A stretch of 64,000 nt of DNA from an uncultured Clostridia bacterium (lineage in GTDB: Bacteria > Bacillota > Clostridia > Oscillospirales > Acutalibacteraceae). The notes beneath the pieces are model-generated. The model worked only from the letters and a program-made list of their open reading frames with translations, was not told the DNA's origin and ran no database searches. The stretch is from contig CAMHAV010000002.1 of assembly GCA_946182865.1 (NCBI GenBank), positions 744 through 64,743 of the forward strand, in the 5' to 3' direction. Positions within the stretch are counted from its first letter, which is position 1. Each line of letters begins with the position of its first letter. Both the position numbers and the translations under genes were made by a program. Shown piece after piece: positions 1-9,365 of the stretch.

Positions 1-1
1 C

Positions 2-1063
2 GGGATTGTTGACGACAGCATTGATTTTACCGTTACCATAGCGGAACTGTGCGAAAAATATCTCGCACTGGGCTATGACCAGTCCTATATTATCAATGAT
101 CCCAAGCCCCTTCTCCAAAAGGCGGCGCAGACAGCGCGTTTCAAGGATATCCGCGTCGGCGCGTATGTCGATAAAGTGGCGCAGGATGAGCAGGTGCAGT
201 TTGCCTGCGCGACGTTTGTGGTGGGGGACGGCACAGCCTATGTGGGCTATCGCGGCACCGACAACACCATTGTGGGCTGGCGCGAGGATTTCAATATCAG
301 CTATCTCTCCGAAACGCCGGGGCAGTCCGAAGCGGCGGCGTATCTCAACCGCATTGCCGAACACACCGACTTTTCTTTGCGGGTGGGCGGCCATTCCAAG
401 GGAGGCAACTTTGCCGTGTATGCGGCCGCCTTCTGTAAGGAGGCGGTCAGACGCGACCGGGTGATCGAGGTGTATTCCAATGACGGCCCCGGTTTTAACC
501 AGAGTGTCGTGGAATCAAAGCAGTATGCTTCGATTCTGGAGAAGGTCACCAAGATTATCCCGGAATCGTCCCTGATCGGCATTCTGCTGTCCAGCAAGGT
601 CAAGCCGAAGGTCATCAACAGCGAGGTAAAGGGGCTGCTTCAGCATGACCCCTATACATGGAGCGTGAGAGGCACCGTTTTTGAAGAAGCGGACGGGTTT
701 TCGTCCTCCAGTCTTTTTATGGATGAGACGCTCAAAAAGTGGCTGAATACCCTTAACGACGAGGAAAAGAAAGCGGTGGTTTCTGCGATTTTCGATTCGC
801 TCGACGCGTCGGGCGCTTCCACCCTGACCGAGATGAACGAAAACAAATGGGTCTCCTACAACGCCATACTGAAAGCGGTTTCCAAGATCAGCAAAACCAC
901 CTACGGCGAGGTGGCGGAGTCGCTGAAAAAACTGGCGGAAGCCGGCAAGGACGTGCTGTGGAACGAGGCGAAAAAATCCTTTGAACAGTTCGAGCAAAAC
1001 CGTCGCACGCAGATAGAATCGCAGGAAACAGACGGCAAAAAAGCACTTCCCGCCAAGGGATAG
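2..1063 (+). CDS. DUF2974/Mbeg1-like alpha/beta-hydrolase-fold protein, 5' end outside window
   Basis: The frame of the listed 176..1063 ORF stays open back to nt 2, so the N-terminus is off-window. It has a GHSKGG nucleophile elbow (GxSxG) preceded by YVGYRGTD, a pattern I associate with DUF2974 lipase-like proteins. Confidence 0.7.
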   Translation, partial: GIVDDSIDFTVTIAELCEKYLALGYDQSYIINDPKPLLQKAAQTARFKDIRVGAYVDKVAQDEQVQFACATFVVGDGTAYVGYRGTDNTIVGWREDFNISYLSETPGQSEAAAYLNRIAEHTDFSLRVGGHSKGGNFAVYAAAFCKEAVRRDRVIEVYSNDGPGFNQSVVESKQYASILEKVTKIIPESSLIGILLSSKVKPKVINSEVKGLLQHDPYTWSVRGTVFEEADGFSSSSLFMDETLKKWLNTLNDEEKKAVVSAIFDSLDASGASTLTEMNENKWVSYNAILKAVSKISKTTYGEVAESLKKLAEAGKDVLWNEAKKSFEQFEQNRRTQIESQETDGKKALPAKG

Positions 1064-1139
1064 TAACAATGGAATGGGCGGTTTTGTGGTTTTTATCCAT
1101 CACTCCAAAAATAAGTGGTCAATTGGCGGCAAAAATGTA

Positions 1140-1168
1140 TTGCACTCTTGCTAAATGTATGATATAAT
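1140..1168 (+). promoter_or_regulatory. sigma-A type promoter (TTGCAC, 17 nt, TGaTATAAT)
   Basis: Read directly: -35 TTGCAC at 1140-1145, a 17-nt spacer, and an extended -10 TGaTATAAT ending at 1168. It lies about 70 nt upstream of the ATG at 1241. Confidence 0.55.
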
Positions 1169-1240
1169 ATTTGCGAATAAGGCATAAATATTTTGTGACA
1201 ATGGCATAAAATGCGGTTTTGTGCGTTGGGAGGGAGCATT

Positions 1241-1546
1241 ATGCGAAGCGGAAGATCGGGCAGAAATCTCTTTCTGGTCTTTTTGATGAATCTTTTCCTG
1301 CGTTATCGGTGGTCGATTCCCGCGTGGCTGCTGCTGGCGGCGCATTTTGCATTCGGCACGCCGCTGTGGCTGTTCTTTTTGGGGCTGGCGTTCTGGGTGG
1401 TGTATGCGGTCGGCGTGACGCTGGTGCTGCATTGGGCGAACCGCTGCGGCAATATCCCCAATCCTCAGCGCAAAAACGTCAATCCCTATTCTCCCAAAAA
1501 CTCGGATTTTTTTCCTTCAAACGACAAAACCGACGGGAACGGATGA
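1241..1546 (+). CDS. small membrane protein (hypothetical)
   Basis: ATG at 1241 is preceded by GGGAGGGAG. There are two to three hydrophobic segments (LFLVFLMNLFL, WLLLAAHFAFGTPLWLFFLGLAFWVVYAVGVTLVL). I recognise no family. Confidence 0.5.
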   Translation: MRSGRSGRNLFLVFLMNLFLRYRWSIPAWLLLAAHFAFGTPLWLFFLGLAFWVVYAVGVTLVLHWANRCGNIPNPQRKNVNPYSPKNSDFFPSNDKTDGNG

Positions 1547-1663
1547 ACGCTGAACAGGCGTTTGAAATTTGTAAACTGTCGGCATGGCGGCTCCGGCATG
1601 CAAGTGCCGCGGGTATGAATGCCGTTAATCATCAACTATTTTTTGAAAGGGGTTTCATTTTCT

Positions 1664-2899
1664 ATGGGACTTATTAAAGCAATTGCTGGTGCTGCCGGCG
1701 GCGTTATGGCCGACCAGTGGAAAGAATTTTTCTACTGCGACGCACTTGACGAGAAAACGCTGATGGTCAAAGGCCAGAAGCGCACTTCTTCCCGTTCCTC
1801 CAACACCCACGGCAATGACAACATTATTTCCAACGGCTCTCTGATCGCCGTTTCGGAAGGTCAGGCCATGATTATTGTGGAGCAGGGCAAAGTCGTGGAA
1901 TTCTGCGCGGTTCCCGGTGAATTTACATACGATTCCTCCACGGAGCCGAGCATCTTCGCGGGCAGTCTGGGCGACAGCATCCTCCAGACTTTCAAGCTCA
2001 TCGGCAAGCGCTTCACTTTCGGCGGCGATACGGCGAAAGATCAGCGCGTCTACTACTTCAACACCAAGGAACTCACCGACAACAAGTTCGGCACGCCCAG
2101 TCCTGTGCCGTTCCGTGTGGTGGACAGAAATATCAACCTTGACATCGACGTTTCGCTCCGCTGCAACGGCGTATTCTCCTACAAGATTGCCAATCCGCTG
2201 CTGTTCTACACCAATGTGTGCGGCAATGTAACCGATGAATACAAGAGAGACAAGCTCGACGGTCAGCTCAAAGCGGAGTTCATCAATTCGCTGCAGCCGG
2301 CTCTCGCACAGATCTCCACCATGCAGGTGCGTCCGAATGAAATTCCGGCCCACGTCAAGGAAATCTGCGCGGCCATGAATGACTGTCTCTCCAAGGATTG
2401 GGGCGAGCTTCGCGGTCTGAAAGTGGTTTCGGTCGCGTTCAATGCCATCAACCTCCCGCAGGAGGATATGGATCTCATCAAGACCGCACAGCGCAACGCG
2501 ATCAACCGCGACCCCACCATGGCGGCGGCGACGCTGGTCGGTTCGCAGGCGGAAGCCATGACCAGGGCGGCCCAGAACCAGGGCGGCGCTATGACCGGCT
2601 TTATGGGCATGGGTATGGCGCAGAACGCCGGCGGCATGAACGCGCAGACCCTCTTCCAGATGGGTCAGCAACAGCAGGCGCAGCAGGCACAGTATCAGGC
2701 ACAGCAGCAGGCGCAGGCTCCCAAGGCCGCGAATCCCGACGGTGGCTGGACGTGTGAATGCGGTCAGCAGAATCAGGGCAAATTCTGCATGAATTGCGGC
2801 AAGCCCAGACCCGAGGCTCCCAGCAGATGGTTCTGCCCCGACTGCGGCACCCCCAATGAAGGCAAATTCTGCATGAACTGCGGCAAGCAGAAGCCGTAA
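1664..2899 (+). CDS. SPFH (stomatin/prohibitin/flotillin/HflKC) domain protein, YdjI-like, with Q-rich linker and two C-terminal zinc ribbons
   Basis: Start taken at MGLIKAIAG (ATG 1664, GAAAGGGG upstream). The body resembles the YdjI/virion-core-like SPFH family. The tail carries CECGQQNQGKFCMNCG and CPDCGTPNEGKFCMNCG. Confidence 0.75.
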   Translation: MGLIKAIAGAAGGVMADQWKEFFYCDALDEKTLMVKGQKRTSSRSSNTHGNDNIISNGSLIAVSEGQAMIIVEQGKVVEFCAVPGEFTYDSSTEPSIFAGSLGDSILQTFKLIGKRFTFGGDTAKDQRVYYFNTKELTDNKFGTPSPVPFRVVDRNINLDIDVSLRCNGVFSYKIANPLLFYTNVCGNVTDEYKRDKLDGQLKAEFINSLQPALAQISTMQVRPNEIPAHVKEICAAMNDCLSKDWGELRGLKVVSVAFNAINLPQEDMDLIKTAQRNAINRDPTMAAATLVGSQAEAMTRAAQNQGGAMTGFMGMGMAQNAGGMNAQTLFQMGQQQQAQQAQYQAQQQAQAPKAANPDGGWTCECGQQNQGKFCMNCGKPRPEAPSRWFCPDCGTPNEGKFCMNCGKQKP

Positions 2900-3021
2900 T
2901 CGCGTTTTGAATTAAATAATAAAAAGGGCCGTCGGTTTCGTCTTGATCAATTGATTTGGCGGAGTCGGCGGCTTTTTCCACGATTTTTCGCAAATAAATC
3001 AAAAGGGAGTTGGTATGAATT

Positions 3022-4110
3022 ATGGCAGATCAACTGCTGGAATACAAATGCCCGTGCTGTGGCGGCAAAATAGAATTCGACAGCCACATCCAAAAAATGA
3101 AATGCCCGTTCTGTGAGACGGAGTTTGAGGTGGAGACCCTCAAAAATTACGACACGGTGCTCAATGACACCACGCCGACCGATCTTACATGGCAGTCCGC
3201 CACAGGCGAGGACTGGTCGGACGGTGAAACCGACAATATGTCGGTGTACGTCTGCAATTCCTGCGGCGGCGAGATTGTGTGCGACGACACCACGGCGGCG
3301 ACGCACTGTCCTTTCTGCGGCAATCCGGTGGTGATGATGGGAAAATTTACCGGCGCGCTGCGCCCGGACTATGTCATTCCCTTCAAGCTGGACAAAGAGG
3401 CGGCCAAGGCGGCGCTGGCGGCGCATCTCAAAGGCAAAAAGCTGCTGCCCAAGGCATTCAAAACCGACAATCACATCGACGAAGTCAAGGGCGTGTATGT
3501 CCCGTTCTGGCTTTTCAACAGCGACGCGAACGCCCAGATCAGCTACCGTACCACCCGCGTGCGCACATGGAGCGACAGGGATTATATTTACACCGACACC
3601 AGTTTCTATTCGGTCACGCGCAAGGGGTCGCTCAGCTTTGAGAATATTCCGGTGGACGGCTGCTCCAAGGTGCCCAACGATCTGACAGAATCTTTGGAAC
3701 CTTTCGATTTCAGCCAGATGGTGGATTTCCAGACAGCCTATCTTTCGGGATACCTCGCGGATAAATATGATGTGGATGCGCAGCAAAGCGTAGAGCGCGC
3801 CAACCAACGCGTCTGCAAGACCACGGAGAATGAATTTGCCGCCACGGTGACGGGCTATGCCACCGTTCGCACGGAGAATGTCAACATTCAGCTTGCCAAC
3901 GGCACGTCCAAATACGCGCTGCTGCCGGTGTGGCTGCTCAGCACCACATGGAACGGACAGCACTTCCTCTTTGCCATGAACGGACAGACTGGCAAATTCG
4001 TCGGCAATCTGCCGATGGACTCCGGCGCGTTTTTCAAATGGCTCGGCGGTGTGGCCGGCGCGGTCAGTGCGGCGGTGCTGCTGATTCTCTATCTGATCTG
4101 GCTGCTGTGA
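3022..4110 (+). CDS. double zinc-ribbon membrane protein, YdjG-like
   Basis: Two Cys4 ribbons (CPCCGG...CPFC and CNSCGG...CPFCG) and one C-terminal TM helix (FFKWLGGVAGAVSAAVLLILYLIWLL). Same architecture as B. subtilis YdjG. Confidence 0.7.
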   Translation: MADQLLEYKCPCCGGKIEFDSHIQKMKCPFCETEFEVETLKNYDTVLNDTTPTDLTWQSATGEDWSDGETDNMSVYVCNSCGGEIVCDDTTAATHCPFCGNPVVMMGKFTGALRPDYVIPFKLDKEAAKAALAAHLKGKKLLPKAFKTDNHIDEVKGVYVPFWLFNSDANAQISYRTTRVRTWSDRDYIYTDTSFYSVTRKGSLSFENIPVDGCSKVPNDLTESLEPFDFSQMVDFQTAYLSGYLADKYDVDAQQSVERANQRVCKTTENEFAATVTGYATVRTENVNIQLANGTSKYALLPVWLLSTTWNGQHFLFAMNGQTGKFVGNLPMDSGAFFKWLGGVAGAVSAAVLLILYLIWLL

Positions 4111-4123
4111 GGAGGACTGTGAG

Positions 4124-5377
4124 ATGAATAAGAAAATAACAGCCTTTACAGTGGCGTTTTTGATGGTCTTTGTTATGGCGTTTCCCGTCTTTGCTTCGCA
4201 GGACGATGCGGCTAAGGACGCTGCGAAAGAGGAAACTGTCTCTGTTACGCATATTGTGGACAACGAGAAAATGCTGTCCAAGAAAACCAAGGCCAAGCTG
4301 GAATCGGCGGCCGAGAAAGTGTATGAGAAGAACGGCGTGGAAGTCTTCGGCTATCTGACCGGGCAATCGCTTGACGACGCCAAATCGGTGGGGCTTACCG
4401 TGTACCAGTCCTCCGCGAGAACCGACGCGGGCATCATTCTGCTGTATGACGCGAACAAGGTGTATTTGTATGTCTATGGCAGAGCGGAAAATGATTTTAC
4501 CGACGACGAGCTGCAAGACATCATGGCAAGCGCCAACGCGGAAGACACCTATCTGAAATCCTTTTCAAAGTATATCGAAATGACGAGCGGCCTGCTGGAC
4601 GAAAAGGGCGTGCAGCCCATTCCGTCGGAACGGCAGCAGCCCCGTTTTGTAGATCGTGCCAATCTGGTCAGCGGGAGCGATGAAACGGCGCTGCTCTCCA
4701 AGCTGGACAAAATCAGCGAGGCCAGACAGATCGACGTGGTCATCGTGACCGAAAACGCGATCGGCGACAAGACCTCCACCCAATACGCGGATGATTTTTA
4801 CGATTACAACGGCTTCGGTTTCAACGACAGCCGAGACGGCATCCTGCTGCTCATCAGCATGGAAAACCGCGACTGGGCGATCAGCACCCACGGTCTGGGC
4901 ATCGACATCTTTACCGACGCGGGGCAGGAATACATGACCGACCGATTTGTTTCCTATCTGAGCGACGGGGACTATTACGGCGGCTTTGACTGCTTTGCCG
5001 ATCTGTGCGACCAATTCATCGCGCAGTATCAGGAAAACGGCAAGGCGTATGACGTGGGCAATCTGCCCAAGGCGCCGTTTGCGTGGGGATTCAGCATCTT
5101 CATTTCGCTCGCGATAGGGTTGATTGCCGGATTGATAACCGCGCTTGTGCTTAAAAGCGAGCTGACGTCGGTGAAAATCCAGCCCTCGGCGGTCGGATAT
5201 ACTAAGCCGGACAGCCTGCATCTCACGGAGCGCAACGACATGTTCCTCTATCATGTGGTCAACCGCACGGCAAGACCCAAGGACACCGACAGCGGCGGTT
5301 CAGGCGGCGGAGGCGGCTCCAGCACGCACCACAGTTCCTCCGGCAGCACCCACGGCGGCTCACACGGACATTTTTAA
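4124..5377 (+). CDS. TPM-domain protein (YdjH/YgcG-like), secreted N-terminus, C-terminal TM and Gly/Ser/His-rich tail
   Basis: Signal-like N-terminus (ITAFTVAFLMVFVMAFPVFA). Two TPM-like segments (VDNEKMLSKKTKAKLE... and VDRANLVSGSDETALLSKLDKISE...). A TM helix is followed by the GGSGGGGGSSTHHSSSGSTHGG tail typical of YgcG-type proteins. Confidence 0.7.
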   Translation: MNKKITAFTVAFLMVFVMAFPVFASQDDAAKDAAKEETVSVTHIVDNEKMLSKKTKAKLESAAEKVYEKNGVEVFGYLTGQSLDDAKSVGLTVYQSSARTDAGIILLYDANKVYLYVYGRAENDFTDDELQDIMASANAEDTYLKSFSKYIEMTSGLLDEKGVQPIPSERQQPRFVDRANLVSGSDETALLSKLDKISEARQIDVVIVTENAIGDKTSTQYADDFYDYNGFGFNDSRDGILLLISMENRDWAISTHGLGIDIFTDAGQEYMTDRFVSYLSDGDYYGGFDCFADLCDQFIAQYQENGKAYDVGNLPKAPFAWGFSIFISLAIGLIAGLITALVLKSELTSVKIQPSAVGYTKPDSLHLTERNDMFLYHVVNRTARPKDTDSGGSGGGGGSSTHHSSSGSTHGGSHGHF

Positions 5378-5458
5378 TGCGTAATTCATAATGAATGCGG
5401 ACGGAAATGCCTGTTTCATTTTGAGTTGCAATGCGTGTTTTAGAACAGCAATTGAAAA

Positions 5459-5503
5459 GGGAGACTTTCTCAAACGAAGGGACGGTCTCCTTTTTTCTTT
5501 TTT
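5459..5503 (+). terminator. probable intrinsic terminator after the TPM gene
   Basis: GGAGAC (5460-5465) pairs with GTCTCC (5485-5490) and is followed by TTTTTTCTTTTTT. The loop is long, so confidence is moderate. Confidence 0.45.
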
Positions 5504-5932
5504 ATTAGCTGATTGCAAAAGTTGAAAAGTCGCGGAAATACGGGGTATGGTCAATGGAAAAAGGGTTCTTTTTTCTCCGTTTGGAGCAAGGCAAATCTTG
5601 CTATAGGGCTGTTTTGGTATTTGCCCATCCCCATCGCAAGTCTGAGCGCGTCTCGCTCGGTCGGCTTCGCCCCACTCCCTGTCAGCTTTGCTGACATGCG
5701 CTGCCCTGCACCCGCGAGGAGGACCAGTTCGAGATGACGCTTGTCGTCATCGGCTGGACTCCCGCGCTCGCCTGGAAAAAAGACGCTCGCTAGTTATGCG
5801 CTGCGCTATGCTATGCTTTTTTCTTTTTGCATGTTGCCTTTGATTTTTTGCAGGTGGGCGGAAAGTGCTTTATTTTTCGGGTGCGGTGTGGTATGATAAA
5901 GCCACAGCAGAGAAAAGGAGTGTGCGGCAGAA

Positions 5933-6370
5933 ATGAAGCTGTTGATCGAGCAGTCGGATCAGTACACCGACGCGGAAATTGTTATCAAATGCGGCATGAT
6001 GGATGACCGGCTGGAAAGCATCATCCAGCACATCCGCCTGCATATGTTTTCGGTGGCAGGCGTAAAGGACGGAGAAACGAAGATTTTTCCGCTGGGCGAT
6101 ATTTTCTATTTTGACAGTACCGACGAGCGCACGTTTCTGTATCTGGAAAACGATGTGTATGAATGCTCGCTGAAGCTCTATGAACTGGAGGAGCAGTTGG
6201 AAAAGGCGAACTTCGTGCGCATCAGCAAGTCGTGCATTGTCAATATCATGAAGCTGGACAGCGTGCGTCCTCTGCTCAACAGCCGCTATGAGGCCAAGCT
6301 GGAAAACGGCGAAAAGCTGATTATCAGCCGCCATTATCTGCCCGGCTTCAAGCAGAAATTCGGTATATAG
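5933..6370 (+). CDS. LytTR-domain DNA-binding protein without receiver domain
   Basis: 145 aa with FVRISKSCIVNIMKL...ISRHY, characteristic of the LytTR fold. There is no N-terminal CheY-like domain. Confidence 0.8.
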   Translation: MKLLIEQSDQYTDAEIVIKCGMMDDRLESIIQHIRLHMFSVAGVKDGETKIFPLGDIFYFDSTDERTFLYLENDVYECSLKLYELEEQLEKANFVRISKSCIVNIMKLDSVRPLLNSRYEAKLENGEKLIISRHYLPGFKQKFGI

Positions 6371-6383
6371 AAAGGAGTTTTTC

Positions 6384-6863
6384 ATGATGCAGTGGAGAAA
6401 AAGATGGAGCCAATTCTTTACAACCGTTTGCACTTCCTTTACCATTGTCGTGATGTTATACGCGACGCTGGCGGACTGGATGGGAGCGGATGTGACGGTG
6501 AGAAGTATCTGGGATTTGTTTGCGATTTGCGCGGCGGTCGGAGTGGTGCTTTTTCTGACAGATATTCTGCCTGTCAGGAGCGTACCGCTGCGATTGGCCA
6601 TTGCTTTTTTTGACGTATGCGCCACGGTGTTTTTAGTGGGCGGTGCGGTTCTGAAATTCATTCCGCTCGACCCTCCCATTATACTGACAGTGCTGGGCAT
6701 GATCTGCGCGGCGTATGCGGCGGTGTTCGCCGTGTCGATTGTGAATGAGAGAATAGCGGCGGCGGATATCAATCACAAGGTGATGGAAATGAAAAAACGC
6801 CGTCAAAGGGAGGTCAGCGCCAATGGAAAGAGCGGAAAAAGCGGATACACCGAACATGATTGA
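6384..6863 (+). CDS. four-TM membrane protein, DUF3021-like (putative partner of the LytTR regulator)
   Basis: Four hydrophobic helices and a charged tail, placed immediately downstream of the LytTR gene as in LytTR/DUF3021 pairs. Confidence 0.55.
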   Translation: MMQWRKRWSQFFTTVCTSFTIVVMLYATLADWMGADVTVRSIWDLFAICAAVGVVLFLTDILPVRSVPLRLAIAFFDVCATVFLVGGAVLKFIPLDPPIILTVLGMICAAYAAVFAVSIVNERIAAADINHKVMEMKKRRQREVSANGKSGKSGYTEHD

Positions 6864-7785
6864 GGTACGGCACCTCAAAAAGTCCTACGGCGATGTGCAG
6901 GCGGTCAAAGACATCAGCTTTTCGGTAGAAAGAGGCTCGCTCTTTGCCTTCCTCGGCATTAATGGCGCGGGGAAATCCACCACCATCGACATGATCGCCA
7001 CCATGCTGCGGCCCGACGGGGGAGAGGTGAGGGTGAACGGTCATGTTCTCGGACAGGAGGATGACGCGATCCGCCATGAAATCGGCATTGTCTTTCAGGA
7101 CAGCCTGCTTGACCCGATGCTGACGGTCAGGGAAAACCTGATGATCCGCGGCTCGTTTTACGGTATGCGCCGGAACGAAGTCAAGGCCTCGGTGGCGCGT
7201 GTCACCGAAACGGTGGGACTAGGCGAATTTATTGACCGCCGTTACGGCCAGCTGTCGGGCGGACAGCGCCGCCGCGCGGATATCGCCCGTGCGCTCATCA
7301 ACACGCCTGCCGTTCTGTTTCTGGATGAACCGACGACAGGACTTGACCCGCAGACCCGCAGGAGCGTGTGGCACACCATCCAAAACCTGCAGGAAACAAG
7401 CGGCATGACGGTATTTCTGACAACGCATTACATGGAGGAAGCGGCGCAGGCGGATTATGTGACGGTGATGAGCAAGGGCGAGATCATCGCGCAGGGAACC
7501 CCCATTGAGCTGAAAGAACACTACAGCAGCGATATGCTCAAAATGAAATACGCCGATCAGGCGGCGCTGACGGCTATAAAGGCAAGGCTTCGCGAAATGG
7601 GCGCGGCCTATACGGAAGGCGCGGAAACCGTGGATGTGAAGCTGGACAACACCATGCAGGCGATTCCCCTCATCGAGGCGTGCAAGGATTGGTTTGTCAA
7701 TTTTGAAGTGGTCAACGGCACGATGGACGATGCGTTCCTCCGCGCCACAGGCGCCAATGAGGATGACGGCAGGGAGGACGGGTAA
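6823..7785 (+). CDS. ABC transporter ATP-binding protein
   Basis: Walker A GINGAGKST, signature LSGGQRRR and Walker B VLFLDEPT. The true start may be the internal ATG at 6856 (MIEVRHLKK), which would reduce the overlap with the upstream gene. Confidence 0.9.
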   Translation: MERAEKADTPNMIEVRHLKKSYGDVQAVKDISFSVERGSLFAFLGINGAGKSTTIDMIATMLRPDGGEVRVNGHVLGQEDDAIRHEIGIVFQDSLLDPMLTVRENLMIRGSFYGMRRNEVKASVARVTETVGLGEFIDRRYGQLSGGQRRRADIARALINTPAVLFLDEPTTGLDPQTRRSVWHTIQNLQETSGMTVFLTTHYMEEAAQADYVTVMSKGEIIAQGTPIELKEHYSSDMLKMKYADQAALTAIKARLREMGAAYTEGAETVDVKLDNTMQAIPLIEACKDWFVNFEVVNGTMDDAFLRATGANEDDGREDG

Positions 7786-7787
7786 AA

Positions 7788-8675
7788 ATGTTTATCATGG
7801 CAAAGCGCAACATCAAGCTGTACTTTCGCGACAAAGCCAATGTGTTTTTCTCACTGATGGCGGTGCTGGTGATCGTCGCGCTCAATATTTTCTTTTTGAC
7901 TGACACGCTCAACAAGGGCATGAGCGAGGTGCCGCACATTGAAAGACTGGTCGGCACATGGCTCGTGGCGGGCATTGTGGCCGTCACTTCCACCACCACC
8001 GCGCTCGGCTCGCTGCATATCATGATTGACGATAAGACGCGCAAAATCTACAAGGATTTTTACACATCCCCTTTGCGGAGAAGCTCGCTTGCGGGCGGTT
8101 ATCTCATCGGCTGCATGGTGGTGGGCGTCATCATGAGCGTCATTGCCTGCGCGGCGGGCATCGGATATATGGTGTATCTTGGCAGCGACATTCCTTCGGC
8201 GGCGACACTGGCCAAGACACTGGGCGTGATTGTGCTGGCGGTGCTGGCCAACGGCTCGCTGATGTTCTTTATTACGACGCTGCTTTCATCAGCGAGCGCC
8301 TTCTCCGCCTTTTCCACGGTGGTAGGCACATTGATCGGCTTTCTGATGGGCATTTATATGCCGATCGGCAATCTGCCCGCCGGCATTCAGTGGGTGGTGA
8401 AGCTGTTTCCTCCCACCTACGCGGCTTCGGCGCTGCGCGCGGTGCTGATGGAGGATGTGTTGAGCGAGACGTTCGGCGGCATGACAGCGCCGCCCCAAAA
8501 CCTGCCGGATGGCTATGAAATCATGACACGAGCAGACTTTGAGCAGTTCATGGGCGTGAATTTTGCCTTCGGGGGTTACACCACCGATCTGACGACGGCA
8601 CTGGCGGTTATGACGGCGGCGGCGGTTCTCTTCTGCGGGCTTTCCGTGATTGCCGTGGGTAGGAAGAAACGCTGA
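7788..8675 (+). CDS. ABC-2 type transporter permease
   Basis: About six hydrophobic helices, starting 3 nt after the ATPase stop. This is the typical ABC-2 exporter arrangement. Confidence 0.8.
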   Translation: MFIMAKRNIKLYFRDKANVFFSLMAVLVIVALNIFFLTDTLNKGMSEVPHIERLVGTWLVAGIVAVTSTTTALGSLHIMIDDKTRKIYKDFYTSPLRRSSLAGGYLIGCMVVGVIMSVIACAAGIGYMVYLGSDIPSAATLAKTLGVIVLAVLANGSLMFFITTLLSSASAFSAFSTVVGTLIGFLMGIYMPIGNLPAGIQWVVKLFPPTYAASALRAVLMEDVLSETFGGMTAPPQNLPDGYEIMTRADFEQFMGVNFAFGGYTTDLTTALAVMTAAAVLFCGLSVIAVGRKKR

Positions 8676-8706
8676 TCCTGCGGCGTGACAGCAAGGCGGT
8701 AAAAAA

Positions 8707-8748
8707 ACAGCGGGCAGGCGCGTGTGAATGACGTGACCTGTCCGCTGT
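8707..8748. terminator. bidirectional hairpin between convergent genes
   Basis: ACAGCGGGCAGG (8707-8718) pairs with CCTGTCCGCTGT (8737-8748) with one G-T pair. An A-run lies before it and a T-rich tract after it. Confidence 0.6.
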
Positions 8749-8996
8749 TATTTCATTTTTTTGAGAAGTTCGGAAAGCTCCTTGAGCGTGTCCCCTGTCT
8801 CGTCGAGCTTTTCCGCGATGGCGGTGATATTTTTGTAATTGTTTTTCGTCACGCCCAGCAGATAGTCCGTGGTGACGTTGAAAAACGCGGCTAATTTGAT
8901 GATCGCATAGCTGTCCGGATTGGTTTTGCCGGTTTCGTAATTGGAAATGGATTTCTGGGACAATCCTGTCGTTGTCGCCAGTTCGGATTGCTTCAT
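8748..8996 (-). CDS. XRE-family helix-turn-helix transcriptional regulator
   Basis: QSELATTTGLSQKSISNYETGKTNP...TTDYLLG is a classic Cro/C1 HTH. Confidence 0.85.
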   Translation of the reverse strand: MKQSELATTTGLSQKSISNYETGKTNPDSYAIIKLAAFFNVTTDYLLGVTKNNYKNITAIAEKLDETGDTLKELSELLKKMK

Positions 8997-9195
8997 GTCG
9001 GCATCCTCGCGTAAATCCCTGATTCTGTTCGTACCAATCAGCCCCTTTTAATACTAATATACTAATTATTTTCTAAAAACGGTTGATATAGTCAAATGAT
9101 TCATTTGCAATATATTTTAAGTAATATATTCCTATATAATGCCGGAAATAGAAAAATCATCGTATAAAAGTGAGGGTGGAAAAAATGAATATATT

Positions 9196-9365
9196 AAATC
9201 CCGACTTGCAGGTGGGTCACAACAGAGTGGGAAGTGGCGTATTTACGTTATGAGAGTTGCTTGAAACCAGCCTTTTGGGAAATCAAAAACACCATTTCCG
9301 ATATTTATAACGATTATTGCCCCATAAAAGCCATGCTTTTATGACCCGTGTGCAAGTCGGGATTT
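9196..9365. repeat. 24-nt imperfect inverted repeat (21/24) flanking a 122-bp segment
   Basis: AAATCCCGACTTGCAGGTGGGTCA at 9196-9219, compared with the reverse complement of 9342-9365 (AAATCCCGACTTGCACACGGGTCA). Confidence 0.85.

Noticed and set aside
2947-4296. 449-aa minus-strand ORF opposite the zinc-ribbon gene; similar cases at 39121..40374, 47889..49391, 60194..61285 and 20378..21430
   Set aside because: All lie antisense to genes with recognisable motifs, and none has start-site support.
5513-5737. 74-aa plus-strand ORF in the spacer after the TPM gene
   Set aside because: It has no RBS and begins inside the terminator tail. The region is better described as a non-coding GC-rich island (see findings).
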